Below, in pieces: positions 56,990 through 64,000 of a stretch of 64,000 bases of DNA. The translations under genes were made by a program, and so were the position numbers. Under the pieces are notes generated by a model that did no database searches, had not been told where the DNA came from, and was given only the letters and a program-made list of their open reading frames with translations. This DNA comes from Planctomycetaceae bacterium (GTDB taxonomy: Bacteria; Planctomycetota; Planctomycetia; Planctomycetales; Planctomycetaceae): the NCBI GenBank assembly GCA_044378235.1, contig JBILXT010000002.1, positions 10,257 through 74,256 on the forward strand, in the 5' to 3' direction. Every line of letters starts with the position of its first letter. The stretch's first letter is position 1.

Positions 56990-58165
56990 GTGAATTACAG
57001 GCAGACTATGCTCCTGGCTTCTGAGGCATCCCACGCCGATGGCAACCCACCATCGGCCTCACCGACCGCCACCGCGATCCCCAAGTTTGACCGACACGAT
57101 GAATTTTTTCAGTCGCTCAAACGGAGGGTTGACCAGTACTTTCAGAGTACCCACCAGTCTCCTCGAGACTGCTGGCAAATGTACGTCAAAACCGCAGTGA
57201 TTCTCACATGGTTTGCAGCGTCCTACGCATTCCTGGTCATCGGCCCCGTTTCCTGGTGGACGGTCGCACCAGCATGTGCATCGCTCGGGCTGGCCATGTC
57301 TGCCATTGGTTTCAGTATTCAGCACGACGGCAGCCACCGAGGATACTCGCGATTCTCCATCGTCAACCGACTGGCCGCTTTGTCGCTGGATATGCTGGGT
57401 GGTAGTTCCTACTACTGGGCTCGAAAACACAACGTCATTCATCACACTTACCCGAATATCACGGGACATGATGATGACATCGAACTGGGAATCCTGGGCC
57501 GGTTATCGCCTCACCAGAAGTATCTCAGTTTCCATCGTCTGCAGCATTTTTACCTTTGGTTTCTCTACGGTTTCATCGCCATCAAATGGCAGTTCTACGA
57601 TGACTTCCGCGATTTGCTGCGTGGCCGAATTGGAGTTCACTCCGTTGTGCGTCCGCGAGGTCAGGAACTGGCGATCTTCCTTTTTGGAAAAATCTTCTTT
57701 CTGGTCATGGGATTTGTCGTCCCAATGATGCTGCATCCATGGTGGCAGGTTCTGGCCGTTTACATGGGTGTGTCGTTTTTTCAGGGTGTTATGCTCAGCA
57801 TCGTCTTTCAGATGGCACATGTTGTTGAAGAAGCCGCCTTCCCGATGCCGGAATCTGATACTGGTCGCATGGCATCATCATTTGCAATCCATCAGATTGA
57901 AACGACGGTCGACTTCGCCCCGAACAACCTGCTGCTTTCATGGTTTGTCGGCGGCCTCAATTATCAAATTGAGCACCACCTGTTTCCACAGGTATGCCAC
58001 ATTCATTATCGAGCCCTCAGCCCGCTGGTTCGTGAAACCTGCCAGGAGTTCGGTATTCGCTACAACGTCCATCCAACATTCAGGTCAGGCTTGGTATCTC
58101 ACTACCGTTGGCTTCGCCGATTGGCGTTCGCCGAAGGTGAGCAGCCCAGCGGTGCTCACGCGTAG
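56990..58165 (+). CDS. membrane fatty-acid desaturase with a Q-type third His box (front-end-desaturase-like)
   Basis: 391 aa with His boxes HDGSH, HNVIHH and QIEHHLF, and four TM helices. Confidence 0.85.
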   Translation: MNYRQTMLLASEASHADGNPPSASPTATAIPKFDRHDEFFQSLKRRVDQYFQSTHQSPRDCWQMYVKTAVILTWFAASYAFLVIGPVSWWTVAPACASLGLAMSAIGFSIQHDGSHRGYSRFSIVNRLAALSLDMLGGSSYYWARKHNVIHHTYPNITGHDDDIELGILGRLSPHQKYLSFHRLQHFYLWFLYGFIAIKWQFYDDFRDLLRGRIGVHSVVRPRGQELAIFLFGKIFFLVMGFVVPMMLHPWWQVLAVYMGVSFFQGVMLSIVFQMAHVVEEAAFPMPESDTGRMASSFAIHQIETTVDFAPNNLLLSWFVGGLNYQIEHHLFPQVCHIHYRALSPLVRETCQEFGIRYNVHPTFRSGLVSHYRWLRRLAFAEGEQPSGAHA

Positions 58166-58322
58166 CAGCGTGTTGATTGAATTGATCAGCCGGAACGCGT
58201 TAGCGTCCGGTTCCTGCAACTCATAGTGCGGGCTTCAGCCAGCACTCATCCACAATCTCGCACGACAATGCCGACTGAAATCGGCACTACGGAATAAATC
58301 AACGGCCTGCCAGAGAACGGCG

Positions 58323-59765
58323 CTACGAGATAATCTCGCTGACTACTTTGCCGTGCACATCGGTCAGTCGATAGTCGCGGCCGCTGTAGCGATAGGTGAG
58401 AAGTTCGTGGTCGAGCCCCATCAAATGGAGAATGGTCGCATGCAGATCATGGACGTGCACGCGATCTTCAACAGCGGTCAGTCCAAACTCATCCGTTGAT
58501 CCGTAACTGATCCCGCCTTTCACGCCACCACCGGCCATCCAGGTCGTGAAACCGTAGTGATCATGATCGCGGCCCATCTGGCCTTCTGATGTCGGAGCCC
58601 TTCCGAACTCACCACCCCAGACGACAAGCGTCTCTTCAAACAGCCCACGCTGCTTGAGATCCTTGATCAGCGCGGCGATGCCTTGATCGCAGGCCAGAGC
58701 GAGCCGCCGATGTCCGTCGACGATGTTCTCATGGCCAGTGTCCCACGCGATATCATAACCATCAATGGAGAGTGACAGCTGAACCATGCGAACACCCCGT
58801 TCGACAAGTCGGCGAGCCAGCAAACACCCCTTGGCGTATTCACTGTCTCCGTACATTTCGAGCGTCTCTTTTGACTCTTTGCTCGTGTCGAATGCATCCG
58901 GGACAGCAAACTGCATGCGGAAGGCCATTTCCATCGTCTGAATACTGGCCTCCAACTGAGGATCATGCTGCTGCCTTTGCAGATCCAGTTGATTGAGCCT
59001 CGTCAGCAGATCGGCCTGATGTCGCTGGTCTACTTGAGGTAACCAGTTGTTCTTCAGGTCCTGCATAATGTGATCAGGCTTCATCTCGTGAATATTCACG
59101 TAGGTTCCCGCATAAGCCCCCGGCAGAAACGCGTTACCCCAGTTGGCCAGTTTGTTGCGAGGCTGCGCGCGAGGACTCATAGCGATGAATCCGGGCAAAT
59201 CCTGGTTCTCGGTGCCCAGGCCATAAGTCAGCCACGATCCCATGCTGGGACGAGTCGGCTGCAGATGCCCAACGTTCATCATCATCATCGCGCTGGCATG
59301 TTCCGGCGTGTCGGTATGCATCGAATGAATGAAGCAGAGATCATCAACCAGTTCTGCCACGTGAGGAAAAATCTCACTGACCCATCGGCCGCACTGACCA
59401 TGCTGTCGAAACGAATACGGCGATGGCATCAGTCCCATTTTTGTGTTTCGCAAAGACTTGCGATCGACAGACTCCGGTCGCTGACCCGAGTGTTTGGCAA
59501 TCTCCGGCTTATAGTCGAACGTGTCGACCTGCGACGGCCCACCCGGCATAAACAACTGAATCACGTGCTTCGCCTTCGGAGCGAAATGCGGAGCCCGTGG
59601 AGCCAGCGGTGACTCGGAATGGCTCACCGTGTCTGCATAAGCAACTCCCGAACCGGCACTTGATGGGGCCAGCATGCTCGCCAGGCCCAATGTTCCAAAA
59701 CCGGCTCCAAGTTGCCGCAAAGCGTCTCGACGATCGATCGGACGCAGAGGATTTCGATGAAACAT
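58323..59765 (-). CDS. DUF1501 domain protein (sulfatase-like, Tat-type signal)
   Basis: Start set to ATG 59765. Sequence features: RRDALRQLGAGFGTLGLASMLA, GGEFGRAP and GRDHD. It lies 6 nt downstream of the PSCyt/DUF1553 gene stop. Confidence 0.85.
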   Translation of the reverse strand: MFHRNPLRPIDRRDALRQLGAGFGTLGLASMLAPSSAGSGVAYADTVSHSESPLAPRAPHFAPKAKHVIQLFMPGGPSQVDTFDYKPEIAKHSGQRPESVDRKSLRNTKMGLMPSPYSFRQHGQCGRWVSEIFPHVAELVDDLCFIHSMHTDTPEHASAMMMMNVGHLQPTRPSMGSWLTYGLGTENQDLPGFIAMSPRAQPRNKLANWGNAFLPGAYAGTYVNIHEMKPDHIMQDLKNNWLPQVDQRHQADLLTRLNQLDLQRQQHDPQLEASIQTMEMAFRMQFAVPDAFDTSKESKETLEMYGDSEYAKGCLLARRLVERGVRMVQLSLSIDGYDIAWDTGHENIVDGHRRLALACDQGIAALIKDLKQRGLFEETLVVWGGEFGRAPTSEGQMGRDHDHYGFTTWMAGGGVKGGISYGSTDEFGLTAVEDRVHVHDLHATILHLMGLDHELLTYRYSGRDYRLTDVHGKVVSEIIS

Positions 59766-59770
59766 GGCGA

Positions 59771-62191
59771 TTACCTCACGAACATGAATTCGTTGGAACT
59801 TAACAGAACCTGAGCGTATCTGTCCCAACTGGACAAATCGCTTCCATCACTGGCCGCACTGACAAAACTCAACCCGATCTCCAGCTCCGCCGGTTCCGGA
59901 TCGCGAGCATACAGCAACTGGTACGCGTGCTTTATGCGATTCTCATTGGACTCGTGTAGCGAATGTAATCGAGCGACCAACGCTTTGGCTCGATCAATCA
60001 TAAAGGGACTATTCATAAAGAACAGATACTGCTGCGGCACAATGCTGCTGGGACGTTGCTCGACTGTCGACCTCATCAGCGGAAAATCAAACAAACGCAG
60101 AAACACATCAGACCCGAAAGCATCTCCGTTACGTCCCACTTTCGCGTACAACGTCCGACGTTTTGTCTCTGTAATGTTGTGATGAGACGGACCGCCAAGC
60201 GATGCATCCAGCTCGCCAGTCACGAATAACAAAGAATCTCGCCAGGCCTCGACGTCCATGCGACGAGGACTCATCCGCCACAGCAGGCGATTGTCACCGT
60301 CCGCCTTGTAAGAGTCTTCGTTGTAATCACCACTTAATTGATAAGTCGCCGAACACATGATTTGGCGATGCAAAGATTTCAACGACCAGCCATTGGCGAC
60401 AAATTCACTGGCCAGCCAGTCAAGCAGTTCCGGATGAGTCGGGCTCTCACCGAGTGTACCGAAGTTACTCGGAGTTCGTACAAGTCCGGCTCCAAAATGG
60501 TGCTGCCAGACTCGATTCACAAACACTCGCACGGTGAGCGGATTCTGAGGATCCACGATCGAGGCCGCCAACTCTTCTCGACCACTGCCTTTGGTGTATC
60601 CTGTTGGCTCAGCTCCAGAAAGGATTCGCAGAAAACGACGCGGCGCCACGTCACCGGTCTTCAGCAGATTTCCTCGCAGGGCGACCTTCATGTCGTCGTG
60701 ACCTGTCTCGTGCAAAGTATGAGCAGTCTCCAGAGCAGGCGGAGAATTCTTCTGCAACTCAGCCAGCTCGGCTTTCCATTGATCCAGCTGAGCCTGTTCC
60801 TCAAGAGTCGCTTCTTCTTTAGCAGCGTCCTCAGCGGCCGGATTTTTTTCATTCCTCGACCGCTTGGGGAACGTCTTGACCTTCTTGTTCAACTCTTCGA
60901 CCGCATGATGGTGATCGCGGAATCGCTTAACCACATCTGCATTCGCCAGCGGCAAGTCGTGAGTCGCTGAGTTGTTAAAGATGCCGGCCAGAGAATAATA
61001 ATCCTGTTGAGGTATCGGATCGAACTTATGATCATGGCAGCGAGCACAGGAGCCTGTAACTCCCAGCAGCCCCCGGGTCAAAATGTCGACTCGATCATCC
61101 AGCGTTTCTGCTCGCGACTGCGCAATGCTGTCCGGATCACCTCCGTCAGATTGATACGTAGGTCCCAACGCAAAGAAACCAGTTGCGACGGCCTGCGAGG
61201 GATCGCCACTTAAGTCACCGGCAATCTGTTGGCGGATGAATTCGTTGATCGGCAAGTCACGATTAAACGCATCCACAACCCAGTCGCGATATCGCCAGGC
61301 ATCTTCCAGAGCTTTGTCGCCTTCGAGGAACCCACCTCGTCCGTCGCTGAACCGAGCTACGTCCAGCCAATGCCTCGCCCATCGTTGGCCGTACATGGGT
61401 GAGCTCAGCAATTCATCGACAAGCGATTCAACCGCCTTCTGCCGATCCTTCGCTGCCGCGATCGTGAACGATTGAACCTGTTCCGGAGTCGGAGGAATCC
61501 CAATCAGATCGATAAAGAGCCTTCGCGCCAAAATATGAGGTGCCGCTGGCGCCACAGACTTAAGCCCAGCCTGAGCTCGACGAGCCATCACAAAACTATC
61601 GATGGGGTTAACCACTTCGTTCGACGTTTGGACTGCGCTCGCTTCGGGCACTTCAGGCCGACGAACCGGCTGCCACGCCCAATGACTTTGCTGTGATTCA
61701 GCCCAGTCGAACTTCGACCAATCCTTGCGCGATTCTGCAGCGGGAACTCCGGGAGATGACGTCGCTTCCGGCCACGGCGCCCCCATCTCAACCCACTTCG
61801 TAAGAGCCTCAATCTGACGTTGTTCGAGCTTTCGATCGGGCGGCATTTCAATCCCGTTGTATTTGACCGCCGAGATCAGCAGACTCTCCGCCGGCTTGCC
61901 AACCACCACTGCGGCCCCCGACTCACCGCCCTTGATCATGGCTTCGCGGCTGTCCACGTAAAGCCCCGCCTGCAATTCAGCAGCATCAGTGCTATGGCAA
62001 TCGTAACAATGCTGAACCAGAACTGGCCGAATCTCGGCTTCGAAGAACTCAATCTGTTCTACGGTAAATGTTGGCTTATCGACAACCACAGGAGTTTCAT
62101 CAGCGGCCGACGCAGGACCACCAATCTCCAACAGAGAGAACAATCCCCCAATCACGATGAACAACTTCGGACTCACAGGGTTCGTCGTCAT
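59771..62191 (-). CDS. planctomycete cytochrome-c domain (PSCyt) / DUF1549 / DUF1553 protein
   Basis: The ORF runs to 62248 (GTG), but ATG 62191 gives a signal-like N-terminus. Heme motif HCYDCHS. Also present is a second Cys motif, GSCARCHDHKFD. It is paired with the downstream DUF1501 gene. Confidence 0.85.
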   Translation of the reverse strand: MTTNPVSPKLFIVIGGLFSLLEIGGPASAADETPVVVDKPTFTVEQIEFFEAEIRPVLVQHCYDCHSTDAAELQAGLYVDSREAMIKGGESGAAVVVGKPAESLLISAVKYNGIEMPPDRKLEQRQIEALTKWVEMGAPWPEATSSPGVPAAESRKDWSKFDWAESQQSHWAWQPVRRPEVPEASAVQTSNEVVNPIDSFVMARRAQAGLKSVAPAAPHILARRLFIDLIGIPPTPEQVQSFTIAAAKDRQKAVESLVDELLSSPMYGQRWARHWLDVARFSDGRGGFLEGDKALEDAWRYRDWVVDAFNRDLPINEFIRQQIAGDLSGDPSQAVATGFFALGPTYQSDGGDPDSIAQSRAETLDDRVDILTRGLLGVTGSCARCHDHKFDPIPQQDYYSLAGIFNNSATHDLPLANADVVKRFRDHHHAVEELNKKVKTFPKRSRNEKNPAAEDAAKEEATLEEQAQLDQWKAELAELQKNSPPALETAHTLHETGHDDMKVALRGNLLKTGDVAPRRFLRILSGAEPTGYTKGSGREELAASIVDPQNPLTVRVFVNRVWQHHFGAGLVRTPSNFGTLGESPTHPELLDWLASEFVANGWSLKSLHRQIMCSATYQLSGDYNEDSYKADGDNRLLWRMSPRRMDVEAWRDSLLFVTGELDASLGGPSHHNITETKRRTLYAKVGRNGDAFGSDVFLRLFDFPLMRSTVEQRPSSIVPQQYLFFMNSPFMIDRAKALVARLHSLHESNENRIKHAYQLLYARDPEPAELEIGLSFVSAASDGSDLSSWDRYAQVLLSSNEFMFVR

Positions 62192-63144
62192 GGCAAAGGT
62201 GTCGCAGGATTCAAGGCGGGGAAATCGAAGAAACCGGAGACTCCGCACTCTTCAGTAGACAGAGTTTCACCAGGCCATGTTATTCCGATGACATCTTGAT
62301 TCCAAGACGCATCAAAAGATTTACTGTCGGAGCAAGTCTGAAATAAGTCTCAGAGCATAGGACGGCGATCATCCCGGTTGCGACCATTCGTCTCATGCTT
62401 GTTGCGATCGGGAGGAAGATGCCGCAGAACTTGATTGCTCACAAGCCCGAAATCGGCTTGCCCCTTTTCAACGATCGCGAGCGTTGAAGATTCGTCAGCA
62501 GGCTAGCCCATAAACGAGTGACCTTCAGCGATGGCAGAGTCTCAGACCAAGCGCTGCGATCAGAACGGTATCCATGAAAACCTCGCACCAGGTCCAGAGG
62601 AACTTCGACAGCCGAAGCCCGATTCAATGCAGTGTGAAGAAGAAATTGCCGGTGTCTGAATGCGATTGAACAGGCAGAGAGACATTCACTCGAACTGGCG
62701 GTCCCCTTGCGAGTATTCGGGTTTTCGCGACGTGTGCGGAATTGACACAACTATCTACTCAGAAAAGCGTTGCAAAAGACATCGTAATTTCGGGTACCCG
62801 CAAAAGCGATCACGAACAAATGCTGTGATCATCTCCAGAGTATCGATCGATGCGACAAAGCTTACTCATCATTGGATCCTTGAACCCGGGCAACCCTGGC
62901 GGACTTGGTGCACTTCGACACGAATTCAAGACTGAAAAGACCAAATGACATCAGCAGGACCAGTCGAGCGTGAAGTTCAGCATATGACCTTCCATTTCTC
63001 CTAACCGACAAGTTGCCGCAGAAAGTCGAAGTCTACACCCTTCGAAGAACTGATGGTCTCATTCAGATCATCACTCCTTTCCGAAGAGCTTTCGTGGCAT
63101 TCCAAATTTCTGCCATTCTGAACCTGCACGGATGCAAGAGTCAC

Positions 63145-64000
63145 ATGATCCCAACACGACGATTCTCTGCCCGGATTTCACCCATCCTTGGGCTAACGCT
63201 CGCGAGCTTCTTGCATGAATCGGCAACTTCTGCCGATCAGTTTTACTCGCTGAGAGAGTCCAGCAATGCTGTAGCCCCGGAGTTCTTAGGCGCGGCCTAC
63301 CGTCCGGTTTCTGCTCAGACATGTGCAGAGGATTCCTGCGCTGAAGGCTGCGGAGAAATCGCTGCGACGCCTTCCTTCTGCGAATCATTGATGACGCGAC
63401 CAACACTCCTTGGTGACTGGTGCGGCAGCCGAACTCATCTTGCGGAAAGCGGCTTCAATTTCAGCGTCAGTACGACTCAGTACTTTCAGGGCGTCGTGGA
63501 TGGCGGCCTGAATCAAACGTCACGGTACGGTGGTCGCAACGACATCTTGATGAACGTTGATGGAGAAAAAGCAGGACTCTGGAAAGGCCTGTTCATTACC
63601 GTCCACGGTGAGTCTCGATACTCGGAGTCTGTCCTCCAGGATACGGGCTCGATGCTGCCCGCGAATCTGGCTCTCGCATTTCCTCAGCCCACGGGCACAA
63701 ACTCCGCGTTAACAGGAGTAAAGCTGTCACAGTTTCTCTCTGAAGACATGCTGGTGTTTGCCGGAAAGATCAACACATTTGATGACTTTCATCAGCCGCT
63801 GACAGGAGCCGGAGGAACCAATGGCTTCATGAATACTGCACTGATGATTAATCCTGTGGTTGTCCGTACTGTTCCGTACTCGACCTTTGGTGCTGGTTTC
63901 GCAATGCTGCAGCATATGGAACCGGTATTCTCGATGGCGGTGTTCGATACCAACGATAACCCTACGACGTCCGGATTCGATACATTCTTCGATGACGGTG
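63145..64000 (+). CDS. carbohydrate-selective porin OprB-like protein, 3-prime partial (runs off the window)
   Basis: My own translation from ATG 63145 is open to the window end (285 codons). This ORF is not in the supplied track. It has a signal-like N-terminus (ISPILGLTLASFLHESATSA) and the OprB-like segment LLGDWCGSRTHLAESGFNFS. Confidence 0.6.
   Translation, partial: MIPTRRFSARISPILGLTLASFLHESATSADQFYSLRESSNAVAPEFLGAAYRPVSAQTCAEDSCAEGCGEIAATPSFCESLMTRPTLLGDWCGSRTHLAESGFNFSVSTTQYFQGVVDGGLNQTSRYGGRNDILMNVDGEKAGLWKGLFITVHGESRYSESVLQDTGSMLPANLALAFPQPTGTNSALTGVKLSQFLSEDMLVFAGKINTFDDFHQPLTGAGGTNGFMNTALMINPVVVRTVPYSTFGAGFAMLQHMEPVFSMAVFDTNDNPTTSGFDTFFDDG

Noticed and set aside
62439-62750. 103-aa minus-strand ORF, considered as a transposase or IS remnant
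   Set aside because: It has no transposase motifs (DDE, HUH, Tyr/Ser recombinase) and no terminal inverted repeats around it. It overlaps an equally unconvincing plus-strand ORF.
63071-63406. 111-aa minus-strand ORF
   Set aside because: It is antisense to the 5-prime end of the OprB-like ORF, and it is Arg/Ser-rich like a shadow frame.
1-64000. Prophage, integrative element or defence island
   Set aside because: No integrase, transposase, capsid/terminase, toxin-antitoxin pairs, restriction-modification methyltransferases or cas genes were recognised. The tRNA-Glu is not flanked by direct repeats that I could see.

Overview
This 64-kb segment has the gene repertoire of a Planctomycetota (PVC-group) chromosome. 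It carries three DUF1501 sulfatase-like proteins, one of them paired with a PSCyt/DUF1549/DUF1553 cytochrome-c protein. It also carries a DUF1559 prepilin-type protein with its small lipoprotein, and many signal-peptide proteins with no family assignment. Housekeeping genes are interspersed: ubiE/menG, pyrB with an overlapping pyrC-like gene, gltA, a moeA fusion, fabI, csrA, HU, rsmD and tRNA-Glu(UUC). I can support about 50 CDS, 1 tRNA and 4 intrinsic terminators. I found no rRNA, CRISPR array, transposase, integrase or phage genes. The most unusual content is non-genic. (1) There are 2.7 tandem copies of a 225-226 nt unit at 7871-8490, each carrying a well-conserved 62-nt imperfect hairpin, in the 860-bp gap upstream of pyrB. 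(2) There are three families of GC-rich palindromic REP-like elements, and two of these also occur in frame inside long CDSs (a 1430-aa helicase and a polytopic membrane protein). Protein-level oddities are: a DUF4011/Upf1-like SF1 helicase fused to a Vsr/DUF559-like nuclease; an EF-hand / thioredoxin-like / CxxCH / PHM-DBH-type copper monooxygenase fusion; a MoaD/ThiS-like GG-terminal protein coupled to a BNR propeller; a pyrC-like gene whose HxH metal motif reads HxS; and an HTH-EIIA(Ntr) fusion abutting a B12 radical-SAM gene. I cannot demonstrate a new multi-gene system from sequence alone. The tandem hairpin array is my best candidate for something undescribed, and its caveats are stated in the findings. 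One open-ended ORF at the right edge (63145..64000, OprB-like porin) is missing from the supplied ORF track.
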